Part shown: positions 1 through 13,199 of the stretch, one piece after another
Position numbering within the stretch: position 1 is the stretch's first letter
Layout: the number at the start of each line of letters is the position of its first letter
Notes under the pieces: model-generated
Database searches by the model: none
The model's input: the letters and a program-made list of their open reading frames with translations, nothing else
Told to the model about the DNA's origin: nothing
Made by a program: the position numbers and the translations under genes
Origin: Marsupella aquatica
Taxonomy: Eukaryota > Plantae > Marchantiophyta
Reading direction: 5' to 3'
DNA length: 64,000 nucleotides
NCBI GenBank assembly: GCA_973895155.1
Contig: OZ316892.1
Span: forward strand, 24,437,971-24,501,970

Positions 1-670
1 CATCGAGTAGTGTCAAGAATCCTATGTTCGAGCCTCTTTACACGATGGTGTCTATTCTTTTCTACTGATTGATTCTGCCTTTTGCAGTCTCTAAGACAAT
101 TTAAATGCTTACTTTCATGTCTTGTGTTCTGAAACTTGTCTGTTCCATAGACTACTAAGAGGACAATCAACTTAACTGAAGCATAAACCCACCTCCCAGT
201 GTTAAATAAGATCATCGAGTTGCGTCAAGAATCCCATTTTTGAGGTTAAGGTGTCTTGACATGATGATGTCTATTCTGTTCTACTAATTGATGTTGCCTT
301 TTGCACTCTACAAGACAGACAATTTGAATGCTTGTTGTCATGTCTTCTGTGCGGAACCTTTTCTGTTCCAAAGACTATGAGAGGAAAATCAAATTAGCCT
401 ACACAGAAACCCACCTCCCAGTTTTAAAGAAGATCTTCGAGTAGTGTAAAGAATCCCATTTTTGAGGTTAAGGTGTCTTTACATGATGATGTCTATTCTG
501 TTCTACTTATTGAATCTGCCTTCTGCACTCTATAAGACAGACAATTTGAATGCTTCGTTTCATGTCTTGTGTGCAAAAACTTGTCTGTTCCAAGAGGAAA
601 ATCAAATTAACCGAATAGAAACACACCTCCCAGTTTTAAATAAGATCACTAGTAATGTCAAGAATTCCAT
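1..670. repeat. Degenerate tandem repeat, ~212-222 bp unit, at least 3 copies (runs off the window start)
   Basis: The motif 'catcgagtagtgtcaagaatcc...gatgtctattct...ctactgattga...ctgccttttgca...gacaattt(a/g)aatgctt...aaacccacctcccag' restarts at ~1, ~213, ~435 and ~646. Confidence 0.85.
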
Positions 671-1335
671 GTGCTGGGAGTGAGGAGTGTAGATGTGTGT
701 GTGAATATTTGGGACAATAAGATTACAGCTTTTACAGGGACTGAGGGGTGTACAAATATTGTAGTAGGGACACTCCCTGTTTAATTCCTAGGGTACCCCT
801 GCCCCTGCATAGTAGCAGTGCAGGGCATTCTCATTGACTTTCAAGTCCAAAACTCATACAGTTTAAATATTGTGTACACCTTGGAATACAATACATTTGG
901 GGTGTCAATGGGAGTGATCATACTCCCTACCCCTGGCCCATGGAACCTTCAGTTGGCCTAAGTAAGGTGTTTTTACATGATGATGTCTGACCCTAAACAT
1001 TTTCCTTTGTATATAATATTTTCCTTCAATTCTAGTGAAGAGCCTAAGCAACCATTCTTGAAGCCCCATTGCTCTTTTCAGAGATTCAGGGCCTGCCCAC
1101 CCATATCCACTGCACCTCCACCTTCAGTTATGTTCTTGGAGTCACTGTCTAGACAGTAGGTCATGAAGAGTAGCTTTATTACTTGATCTTACAGTCAGTA
1201 AGATAAACTCAGTAATATTCATTAAGCTTAAGAAACTCACTGGGAGAAACTCACTTTAGATAACAACTACAGAAAACCAATGGAACTAGTCACATACTAA
1301 ATGGTCACATGAAACTAGTCCCACTACAAACTCGA

Positions 1336-1445
1336 CTACAAAATCTTGAAATTTCAGTTAAATGTTGACTGGTCACCCCCACCACAAAATCTTGACATTT
1401 CACTCAGTTAAATGTTGACTGGTCACATGAAACTAGTCACATACT
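1336..1445. repeat. Short local duplication (~45 bp x2) with repeated 'ggtcacatgaaactagtc' motifs
   Basis: 'acaaaatcttga(a/c)atttca..gttaaatgttgactggtcac' occurs twice in tandem. Confidence 0.7.
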
Positions 1446-1492
1446 TGTATATACCAAGTCTTGGGCATTTGACGTGGATAGGATCCGTACTC

Positions 1493-1845
1493 TGTTAGGA
1501 TTAACTCTAGTCTTGGGGTTGATCTCTTGTTACTTAGGCTAAACCACCATTAGAGTGTAATGGTGATTAGCCACGACTCTTGCATCTAGCATATAGAGGG
1601 GCTAGGGAGAACTCTTCTTGGAGACTCATGCTCATTGTTGAGGGAGCTAGCTAGATGCCAGGAGGAGAGCTTGTGCAAGCAGGCTAGGCTTGGTGTGGCC
1701 ATGGTGGCCAAAGCTTAGTAAAGCTCTTTGTGTGTTCATGTGGACGTAGCCTTGACAAAGGTGATTGAACGATGTATCTCTTGGTGTTGGTGTGTGCATG
1801 CTTGCTGGTTTTGCTCATGGTTGTTTCATGACGGTTTTCCCAACA
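1493..1845 (+). mobile_element. Solo LTR, ~353 bp, diverged copy of the family at 2949 and 27022
   Basis: Begins TGTTAG and ends CAACA. The internal 'ctcattgtt..ggagctag...gagagcttgtgc...gcttggt.tggcc...agtaaagctct..gtgtgttc..gtggacgtag' matches the 2949-3296 copy. Flanks tactc/ccctc give only a partial TSD. Confidence 0.65.
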
Positions 1846-2948
1846 CCCTCATTGTGAGTATTGATGAGTTGACTATGCGCAATTAATGTGTTCATTGCAC
1901 AATTGTTGTTCTGATTGTGTTGTCTAGCTTTGACATTGTTGTCGGGCTATCTTAGTGAAACTGTTGTTACCATGCTCATGATATCAAGCATGAGTAGTGA
2001 AGGAATTAAAGTTTTGTCAATGCTCGCAGGTCTCATTTCCACAAAACAGCACATCACATGTAACAAAAAGAGAGGGTTGTTTCCAAAGAAAAAATTTTGA
2101 ACTTTGTGGAAAAACTTTAGGGTCTCTTAAATCTAATTTTGAGACTTACAAGAAATATGGGGAGTTTTTAACCAAATTCTGAAATATTGATAATTAATAG
2201 TGGTGAATATTTTGTTAATATTAAGGGTGTACGAGGTCTTAAACATCACAGATGATGGGGGTTGCATATAGGGAAACCCCAGAGTGCCAATGCAAAAGTT
2301 GTTCAATGCATAAGTTCTAAAATCATATTTGAAAGAGAAACCAATGCATGGGCTGTAGTAGGGAGGATCAAAAGCTACAAGGAGGGGGAGGGGAGTGCAA
2401 AGAGAAGCCAGGCAAGACCTGCAGGTACAAGGGAGCGGCAAAAAAGACATGTCCTACCTGTATGTGGTGTCAATGCAAAATTACAAGTATGCCATTGCGG
2501 ATGGTCCAATTAGGACTAGAAACTTTTTAGTGCATTGTCCTCCTACAACCCCAAATGGACTTTGATACAATAAAGTTATATCTAAATAACTCTTTTGATC
2601 CCCATTAGGATGATAATGTACACATGTACCCCAATAGCCCAGAAATAGCAACACAAAGACACAAATTAAATGAACACCTAACAAACTTAAAATACCATTG
2701 ATTTAAAGTGAAAACTTACATCAAACGTCTGATTCCCAATCTGATCTCACCCATTGATCTAACCAGACCCCAGTTTCACCTTGCCTTGTGGCGTATGTGC
2801 ACCGGGATGTGCACCATTGTTCATCATCTTCTTTGTTAGCCAATGCTCAATCTCATGTGTTGATCAATCAGATCTAATGGCTAGAGTCATTAGTGAGTTT
2901 TCAAAGACTTCTACACCTTGTTTAAGTGTTTCTTTTCGAGGATGGCAG

Positions 2949-3296
2949 TGTTAGATATTGCTCTAGTCTTGTGACTCATGCGCTAACCACAATTAGGCTA
3001 ACTTGGGTTAGGACTTAGCTAATATTAGCGGTAGCGTTGTTGTGTATTAAGCCAGGGCTGATGCCAGACCCTGGTGGAACTTAGGCTCATTGTTACGGAG
3101 CTAGTTGAGAGATAGGGAGAGCTTGTGCTGTGGATGCTTGGTATGGCCGGTCGGCCTAGAGTGCAGTAAAGCTCTTGTGTGTTCCCGTGGACGTAGTCTC
3201 ATGTAGAGGTTAACCACGTATCTCTCTGTGTCGACTATATATTATGCGTTGGATGGTTCATGGGCTTGCAGTTGCGAATGTCGTCTATGCTCAACA
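2949..3296 (+). mobile_element. Solo LTR of an LTR retrotransposon, 348 bp, with 5-bp target-site duplication
   Basis: TGTTAG...CAACA termini. GGCAG directly flanks both ends (2944-2948 and 3297-3301). A closely similar inverted copy lies at 27022-27366. Confidence 0.85.
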
Positions 3297-4050
3297 GGCA
3301 GGGCAAGAAAATCCAAAACAAAATCCAATGGCAGGGGATCATTCCGGGACCCACTTCTTTTGATTTTTTAAATAGGCCACTCCTACCCTCTTGGAGGGAT
3401 TACATATTATAGAAGTAGATTTGTGTGTGGCCTGGTGTGTGGCATTCATACTTGTGTTTTTGAAAGCTCTGGAAACCATCCCAATTCATGTTGATGGTAG
3501 CTGGCAAGGGGGACTTTGAAGCAATTGACCACTTACAGATTACACTATTTGGGGGGGGACTATGCATTCAAGGTTTGTCCCCTCCCAAGTTTTCCTGGCA
3601 GGAACCTAAATGACTAGCTAGAGCGAGGTTCCCTTTGCTTTCCAATAGAAAGAAAATTTAGTTGAGGGATAATGCAAGTAATTAAATCAACACTAGAACT
3701 ATATACTTCAGGTAGCTCTAATGTGGATGTCTTGAAGAGGATGTGAGTGATTAAAACACAATGCACCAGGGTGATTTTGTGTTTCAGAAAGTTTATAATG
3801 CAAAACGGCTATTAACTTGTTATCCAAACACTCATCGATTTCAAGAACTTGCAATGGTCTCCCCATTTTGCAACTTTTGTTTTCATGTACTTGGAATTAT
3901 TTTGATCAAACTCAGACAAGATTAGAAACTATTGATGTTTGCCGTCATCAACAAGAGTTTGTATATGTGACAAGTTTCCTAAGAATATGCTGAATTGAGT
4001 TGCACATGCATGCCAATGAGATTGCACCACACTTGGCACAACCTGCTTCT

Positions 4051-7000
4051 TCAAAAATCATGCAATATGGGTCTCATCCGACACGTATTCTTTGGTGGCC
4101 TCGCAATTTCTAAAGTTGCATACTCCCCAATAAGATCATCTAACTTCCCTGCAAATGCAATTACAACAGAATGTGAGCCAATGTCATCATCAAACTTTTA
4201 CTTACTTCAGGTTAGTCTCTGGTCACCAGGTTTTTATAACTTCACTACCACTCCTGGAAAATCTGTTCCTAAGCTTGAGCTTGAACTGAAATATCCTTTT
4301 CCAAGGAATTCTGCCCATGCTGTCCCTTTGGATTTGATGCTTTGATATAAAATCACCATCAGAAGCAGAAGGTTACTCTTTCTTGAATTGTTCAATACAT
4401 GAAGCTGACTTGCATAAATGGTTGAATTGCATACCACAAGCCTCATCAAAGATACCCAAGTCCATATACTCCGTGTAATGATGGACATAGAACTTTCTCT
4501 TATAGAGCATGGTGAAGTTTTCTCTCATCTCTGCAAACCTGCTCCTGCTATTTCAAGACTCGAGGTTAAAAGTGTCCTACACATGCCAATTGAATTGACA
4601 GGGATTGTTCTGAAATTTGTACTCAGATGGGCAACTTCCAAAGATGTGCAAGAATGTTTCTTTCTTTTGCTTTACTGCTAGCAAGTGTATTACAAGTGAT
4701 CTCTTACCCAATGCATGTGTTGTTTGCAAGGCATAGTAAGGAATATGGCATATCCACAGGAGGTTGCTTGCATAAACCCACTTTGAACCCTTCTGTGTTC
4801 CAATGGACCTGCAAATGACAAAAAGATGAAAAAGTTGCTATTAAGACTAAGAACACTTATTGTGTCAATATGAGCACCTTCGACCAAGTATTCACGTTAA
4901 TGGAAGCAATCAGTTTCAGGATCATTGCACGATTATTGCAGAGCTCAACGTTGATTTATTGTGATTTCAACATTGTTAAACTAAACATAGAATAGTTTTC
5001 TTTTGGGCATAAAATGAAAGGGAAAAAAAGCTGATGGCAACTCTTCTGTTCAAGGAGCTTTTAGCAGAATTACCCTTTGTAGCAAGTATAAGGTTGTCTA
5101 ACTTTTACAAGGCTGTCTTTTGAGAACTCTCTACCACCTTCTGTAGGCCTTTCACACCTCTCTATGACCAATTGTACGTAGCGTTTTTACGCCTTGTAAC
5201 AAAACTTGCTCCTTGTAAAATATTGGCGTCTCATCCAACGTGAACTGAAAATTTAACTAGCTCTTGGCATGTCCTTTTCTCCCATGATCCCAGTTGATCT
5301 GTTAAGCATCAAGTTAACAACTGAAGGGTTTAATCTGAATGTTGTGATTGTTGAGTTTACCAAGATCTGTTTAGTTCACCATGGCAGACAATGTAATTTT
5401 GTTGTCACTACATTTGGGAGTTACAAAATACTCTATTTAATCCCATCATGAGATCTGCACGTACAGGCGTCTACATTTGTACCAGTGACCATTTAGCATT
5501 ATTGGTGATGGTTTACAACATATGATTACAATTACTGAAGTATAATACGGTCTCACAAGATTTCTCATCATGAAACAAAGAATAACCCCGTGTATTGTAA
5601 AGTGTTGTGAAAACACTGTTAGTCTTTGCACTGCAATTCATACACCCTACAGTGTCTAAGTGCAGGCTCCCGGGAAGACACCCAAAACCCACATTATGCA
5701 CTATGTCATAAGTGCATGGATATCATTTATGCACTTCCAAAAGTGTCCTATCAGGTCATACGCATAGGACCCCTCATTCCCCAAAACCCATAGTGCAAGA
5801 TTCAACTGGATAAGTGCATGAAACTACCATGCGTAGTTATCTGCTGCACTTACCAATAAACGCTTCTTACATGTGTGTTGTAGTAATTGAGAAATACATG
5901 TCCACTCTTATACAAGGAATGCACTTAAATATTTGTTGCTTAGTGATGTCAACCTGCTCTTACAGATGATGTATTTACAAGGACAATGCTGTAATACTAG
6001 AGGACGTACTGCAAGACCGACCTGCAGTTACCCATGGGATGCACTTATACATGGTGCACTTATGCAAGGTAGACTGCATTAGAGAACATACCTTCTTAAA
6101 AACTTTCCATGGTTAAATTATTTATATATTCACAATTTGAGGCATAGTCCTCCATAGCCTGCTGCTCGTGTGTTCACAATTTGTGCTGGGAAATATTGTG
6201 CGAGCTAAGAAAAGATAGAAAATTCGATAAGATGCAAACATGAGTGTGCAAAAGATCTACCATACCATTCGAAGCCGTTTCTGGATGCGGGAAACATTTT
6301 GATTCAAGTCTGAGATGTTGCAAAGGTTTCCCCTCATCAATAGTGCACATGCTAGATATGTGTACTCAGAGGGATCGACCTTCATGACTTGATTCTTGTG
6401 CGAGAACACCTCCGTGAAAATCTATGAACATATGCAATTTATAATCAAACCCAGGACCAAATCAAATCAATCAACACTAGTTTCAAATAAACTCAAACAA
6501 CAAGCAACACCTTAGTTAGCTCCACCCCATGCCCTACGAGTAATCAAGGTCAGAGACTAGATGTTGGTCTAGTTAAGGTATTTGGACAAAGAAAGTTCAA
6601 ACAAGTGCACACCTAAAACGTTTTTTGTCCCTTCTGAATCGTCAGATTTCTCTGTAACCATTGAATACATGTTTACTTAGTTCCTCATAGACTTTGTTGA
6701 CAAGTAAACACTCAGTTGCCAAGGCCTATCCAATGAATGAACATCTTCAATGTAGCAGGTCACACTCACCTGGTCAACAGATTTTGGTTGTCGCAAAGGC
6801 CTTTCTTCAAACCACCCAGTGTTTCATTTCAACCAAACGAGAATGCAAAATTAGCAAGGCAGCAGAGGGAAGTCTGAGTCTTGTGGTCCAACCGATTGTT
6901 CAAAAATAAAAACAGCATTCAAAAAAGAAAAAAGGTGACAAGCATTCTCATTATTTCGCTCATATTGTAATTGGCAAGAGGCAGGAGAACAATAGATCAA

Positions 7001-10000
7001 AGTTAAACTAGCGTATAGCAGCAGAACAGCTCATATGGATCAGAGTTCATACCAGACAGGGAAAGTGCTGATTGTGGAGCCATACTTGATACGAGAAAAT
7101 GTAGACGAGGGAATGGCACCAGATTCATTGTGATTTCATTTAAATCAACTACAAGGTACAACAGGCAAACATGGGAGAATGGAAATTATTGAAAATAAAA
7201 TAGAATTGTTAAGACTTCCACAAATTATTACCGTTGTGCTTCAGTCAGTTAAAACAATCGTAAAATGGCAGGACTGAATCAGGGCTATCATACATCAGAG
7301 CATTATGTTTTGCAGGATGTGCTGCAAGACTGACTGTAGAGTCAATTTCATACCATTCAAAGGGCCTTCGAACCGCATTGAGCTTGTCAAATGGAGAAGC
7401 AGATTGGCAGCAATAGCATTCATTTTGTCGAAAGGTTTCTCTTCAAATTGTACTGTCTTCTCTGCTTTTGCCCTCGAAGATTGTATGGCGAGTTTACCAT
7501 CTTCATCCTGTCGAGAGCTGGACTCCGTTTTCCTAAAGTGATTGCACAAGGGTAACCAGCAAATCATGAGAATGTCATTATTGCTGGATTATTATTTTGG
7601 CCGGTGACTCAAGACGCTTATCATGTTTGTTTGAGCTTTGACAAGTGACTTTCGCTGTGAAAATGAAACGATAATATGTAGCGAACCTGACAAGAGTACA
7701 TGAGTGAAATCAACCCAAAACCAGAGGCGGAACAGTTAAATGAGGATACACCGAAATTCGAAAAGCTGGATTTTCCAACATAGTTTTAGTGCACGTTCTT
7801 GGGCATGTACAGTGAGCAGTTTGCAAATGTACACGCTGATAAGTTTCCAACTATTCGTGTCCTCCCAGTACACGCAAAAATGCAGATAAGGGAGGATGAG
7901 AATGAAGCAGAGGGAGAGGAAATGTGTACTGCAAGATATCCACCAGTGCTTGGTTCTCAATTGGCAAAACACAATCAGCATGCTCGCTCAACACTGTTGT
8001 TGATAGAAGACTTTCAGCAATGGCAAGCATGATGGGCATAAACACGGACAATATATCAATGGATGCTCTAATATTCCTTCAAAATGCATTTAGAAAACTT
8101 CTAGAAATTAAGAACTCACAAAATTCTCCTTTCAAAGTTGAAACTGAAGCTCGGATGGACCATGATGTTGGACATAGTGCCCTCACGGACCAGCGCAACT
8201 CTAATAAACCTGGGAACTTTCTCGAATAACACACATTACATTTCTGCCCAGATCAACTGTAAGGCTGGGTGCACCGGTCAAAAATTATTTTACGTTGAAG
8301 CTAGCAGGTCGTCTGTCCATCTCTCATGCTGGGTAAGGAGGAACTGTATAAGCAGCGAAACCAGGCATTGATGTTCGTCGAAATTGGTAAGCTCTCGCAC
8401 GTTAATTCTACCTAAATGCAAAATTACTCTATCGATTACTAAGCTGGTCTTTTCATCAACTCTAGAGCGATTGTCTATTTCTTCATCAAGCTTCGATGGG
8501 CTGCCCAGAAATAAAGTGCTCAATTTCAGGAAACTGGCTCTAGGTCGGGTTGACTGACTGAGCAGGGCAGGACCTGCAAATGTCCAGCTGCCCGGCAGTC
8601 TTTTGCTTTCTAACCGTGTTCGTAATTTCTTGAAGGTTTCAATGTTTAGCATTTAACCACAGAGCAACACTGCAACATTGCTTTGCCTCGATCCTCATGG
8701 AACGTGTACTTTCAATCATTTTTCCATGCAATGATTGCTGAGATGGTTGCCTCTAGCGTTTCCCAATTTTGTCAGGAATTTTCCCGTCACAAACAATCAG
8801 TCCAGTCTCCCGTAATCAAATTGCGATTGACATTTCTCTTTGAACACTCAACTTCCGACAACCCACTTGTTGGATGCGGAATCAAATCAGCATACATTTC
8901 TGGTTGAATGCTCAACTTCAGACAACCCACCTGAGCTTGTTGGAAGCGGAATCGAATCAGCTTTCCGACGGGCCAACAATTACTTTGATTTCGATCAGAG
9001 ACAGGAAGTTATGAATTAGACATAAGGCACGGATCAATGGTGATCAATTTTCAAGGTTTTCGATTTTGATTTCGATGCAATTGTTCGAATCTCTGGTTGC
9101 TTGACAACAAAATACTTGTGTTTCCATCCATATCAAGTCGGTGCGGCCAGTTTGGGAGCGCTGGGAGCGTTTTTGAGTTTTCATGCATTCCTCGTACACT
9201 GTCAACTTCCCTCGGTCGATCGGGGGTTGTACCGGACAACCTCACAGTCCATCTGGGCTTCTGTTTCTTTCAAAGTTTGTCTAAATACATTCATTCTGTC
9301 AAAATATGTAGAACGTCCGTCGAGTATGCATTAAAAAAAAAAGGGGTGTTCTCATAGCGAACTTATTCCATGTATCACAAATCTGATTGATTCTTCCTCA
9401 TCTGGCTAGAAGCCCTCATTGTATATCATACATGTATTATTTCTTCTTCATCCAGCTAGAAGCTCTGATTCTATAATGATAAAACTATTCTAATAAAGCG
9501 GACAACATAATGTAAAGTTCATTTTTTATTTGTTCCAAAGGCATCGACAAATCTAGAGCTCTCATATTTTGATAGTTTCTTCTCACCTGTTGTAGGGGGA
9601 GGTCACCACATCATCATCTCTCGAGGGGAAAATGGAAGCACAAAATCTGAACACCTTAGGATATGCATCCTACACTTGCAAACAAGAACTAAGTAAGCTC
9701 AAGGCAGTGTGTGTGTGTGAGTTTTCCTATGCTCTTTGGGGTTGCTAAGAGCTGCGATAAGAGTGAGCGAATTAGTATATCTAAATAACGATAAGCTATC
9801 TGGGTAAGTGGATTGGCTACACACGTATTGATTCCATTAAGGAAGTTTAGGTAATCTGGTATCAACACCATTGAAAGGCTTCTATTGTCAAGATGTTGTT
9901 CCTGCTTACATGAAGAAGCTCAAGAATGTAGCTGCCAATGCCAGATCCCGTTCCACCTCCCAAAGAATGCAACATGAAGAAGCTTTGGAGAGAATCACAT

Positions 10001-11918
10001 GACTCTGCCTGGACAACAACTCAGAACAAAGAATGTATAGCACAAACTCACTATTTGAGATAATTAAAACGACAAACATCATGATGGTGGTTTTAAACCA
10101 AACACAGCTTAAACTGTGATCGGATTCTAGAGACCAGTTTCGTCAAATGACCTACATTAAAGAATGAACATAATAACATTAAATCTAAAAGCGACTGATC
10201 CTGTCACCCATGTTACAACTTACATTGTCAAGTGCACAACCAGTATTGAGTGGAGTCTTTACAAAATGCCCTCCTTGAAGTTAACCAACTGTCCATGTGA
10301 ATTCTGGACGATTAACATTCATGCATTGCACTGATGACTACTGAATTACTTTCGACCCAAAACAAAGCTTGCAATCCCATGGCCCTGCCTTGTGAGGCGG
10401 TTCCTTTAAGATTGGCAGAATAATCCGTAACTTGGATTCCAGTCTATTGTGCCATTTAAGGTGTAGCACCATTTCAAATCAATTGCTACATTTATCCTGT
10501 TATGTCAAAGGTTTCACTAACCTCGAGACGAATTTTATTAAGGATGACGTCGGCATATCTTGGTCCATGAGAGTCGTGACCTTGGGCCCTCCATTTATAT
10601 GCGCTCGTACACATTCAGTAGTTGAAACACCCTTTGATAAAAGAATTCAGAAGCATGGGACGTGTGTCGAGTAATTTTGACTTGTTTAAAGGAGAGCGAA
10701 TTTTTTACAAATTGTATAAAAGTAAAAAGAATATTACAGTACATATCCTCCATCCACATTGAAATCATAAAACTCACCTCTAAATGATTGCTTCGTTGAT
10801 TTGCGATGCAGAAAAAAACCTGGCTTGTGATTTATGAACCTTTAACTACATTCAAGTGCTTTTTTTCTCATGTATGCCACTGTATTTTTGATGTTTGAGA
10901 GAGATTTGCATTTTATGAACCAAATTCTTTGAATCTTGAGGACAATACATACCAGTTATTTCCTGAACCTGATGCTCCTAGGATACATTGTTTACTGTCA
11001 AAGAGTTCCAACAGGGGTCCCTGAAAAAACAGAAATGTGAAGACACATTTAGATACGACGGGTATTCCCACTTCCAAAGAATAAGGGAATTCTACTATCA
11101 AGTTAAATGCCATGCATTTGCAACCTTCTTCACACCTTTAAAAGCTGATTGACAACTCCCTCTTCCATATCGATTAATATAGCCCTGGCCTGCATTACAT
11201 TGAGGATCCAAGTCATCCATCCGTCTTCTTTGATTAAGTACTCAAATCTCAATTAACTAGCCTTCAGTTTTGAAATGGATGTGTGCCTTCCGGACCAAAC
11301 TAGACTTTATTGATTTCAAAATTTCAAAATAATTCAGTGCGGAAATGAAGCGAACCTTAAGAGATTGAATTGGAGAACAACCACTCTTGAGAGGTAGCTC
11401 TAAAGGAGGTTTGTACCTTCTGTCCATGTTGTGAAAAAAACTGCAAAAGTCCAAATCAGGGCACCATTGGCAAAAACACTTCCAGTGAAGTAGTCAGAAA
11501 ACTTCAGAGAACTTCACTGCTCTAATTATCTCACTGGTGTGTCGCTATCCAGAATAACCTCTTCAATCCAAATAATAGTCCAGCTTGTCTGGAGCTCTTC
11601 TTTAGATGTTTCATGAGGTCAAAAATATAGGACATACCTGCTTAGAGCTGCATCAAATATACCTTGCTGATTACATGCAGCATGCTCACGCAATGCAAGG
11701 TCCCAAAATTTACATCCAACCTGAGAATGGGATCATTTGACCAGACTACTCAACAAGAATAATGAATTCTGCAAAAAATTAGTTTGATTGGCGGTAGTAG
11801 ACATTCTAGAAAGACTATCTAGAATAGTACCATCACAGCAGAGTAAAACTAATCATTGAAAACAGCTTACTTGGTTCCCGCATTGACCGCATTGGATGGT
11901 GATGCATTCCCTTGGCAT
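4051..11918 (-). CDS. TUBE1: Epsilon-tubulin, 16 exons, ~480 aa
   Basis: Hand-assembled GT-AG exons with consistent phases: 11871-11918, 11638-11720, 11356-11440, 11136-11189, 10953-11020, 10522-10588, 9910-10008, 9587-9669, 7930-8010, 7354-7532, 7053-7148, 6770-6804, 6266-6421, 4708-4808, 4435-4544, 4051-4148 (1443 nt). Protein reads [30 protein letters not shown]...[13 protein letters not shown]...SGSGNNWAQGH...[10 protein letters not shown] (tubulin signature)...[11 protein letters not shown]...[14 protein letters not shown]...[46 protein letters not shown]...[11 protein letters not shown]...LANNTCI...[11 protein letters not shown]. These motifs are characteristic of the epsilon class. Confidence 0.93.
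8848..8962. repeat. Short direct duplication inside an epsilon-tubulin intron
   Basis: 'ctcaacttc(c/a)gacaacccac..ttgttgga(t/a)gcggaatc(a/g)aatcagc' occurs twice, ~63 bp apart. Confidence 0.7.
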
Positions 11919-13199
11919 TCTTGTATCACTCAGAAATCAAAACTTATACCGCGGCAATCTGTAGTCGGCGTACGCACACCATTGCAAAAAGACCTGGGCA
12001 GCGATTTTTAACAAAACAGATCAAGAACTCCAACTTCAAAGTGTGAGACTTTCAAACAAATGAAAGAACTTTATAGCACCCGTGAACAGATCTGACCGGG
12101 AAAGACCTTCTATTGTCTAGATAAGTTTCTACATAAACTATACTGGTCTGCCCTTTCTTTGAAACTCATTGGCACAATTTGAAAAAACTGGGATTTGGTA
12201 CTATGCCACTCTACACAAGCCAGGCAACACAAAAACGCGAGAAATTGAGACTAAGCTGTCCTTAGTCTTCAGAGGTTATGAGAAGCAGAGTTCGAATGAA
12301 GTGTTACATACAGTGGAAGTACGTCTTTCAATCACCAATCTATCTCTTCCCTCTAAAAATCAGACTTGAGGTTAGATCAAGAACCAATGAGGCAGGAATG
12401 AAGGTGGGCAGAAGAAAGAAATGAGGTGGAAGAAGAATAAGAGATTAATTGGAGCAGAGACAATAAGTTTGGAGGATTAGAAGACACTAAAGAGAAAGGT
12501 GGGTTTCAGATTATACAAATCGACTTGCCACTTCGGAGCACCAATGTGGCCTCACTAGACTCACAGTGAATCATAGAAGATTACCAAGACTCAAGAAGCT
12601 GTAAATCTTCAACATCAACCTCTGCAATAGGAGGATTAAATGAGAGCCAAGAACCTAAATAGAAAGAGACTATGATTCCAAGAAATCAAGGAATGAGAGA
12701 ATTGCTAAAGAGCTAAGCGTTCCAGAACCAAAGAAATACAGGCGACAAAGTCAAGATGGTAGGAGGTCAAGGCCCAACACAAGATCGGCATTAAGAAAAG
12801 ATAGGCTAAACATTACGGAATTGAAGGAACTTCGGCGAAAAGCAGATTTCCGAAAGGAGCAACGATCCGACATGAGCAGGAGTGGAGATTACAAGAATAA
12901 GAGGCACATAACACAACGTGTGACGAAGGGAATAGATGATGGATCAAGAAGGTGGAAATAAGAAGAAAGAGTGGCTTTCTTACTATTTTATTCGTTGGAT
13001 TCCAATCTACGGTAATCAGGTTATGAACACGATTCGGATCATTAGAGCACATCAGGAACTTACTGAATTTTTCAGAGGAAGAGAGGTGTTGGGAACCTGA
13101 AGTGAAATATCTTTCAAGTAAGCTGTTTCAGCTGAAAACGGAGATAGCTCTCAGTTCAACAGTTTCGATGGAGATCCCATCCAAGCCTTATGACTCCAA

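Noticed and set aside
8290-8652. 120-aa minus-strand ORF inside the epsilon-tubulin intron
   Set aside because: No tubulin or other recognisable motif. The flanking exons (9587-9669 and 7930-8010) join in phase without it.
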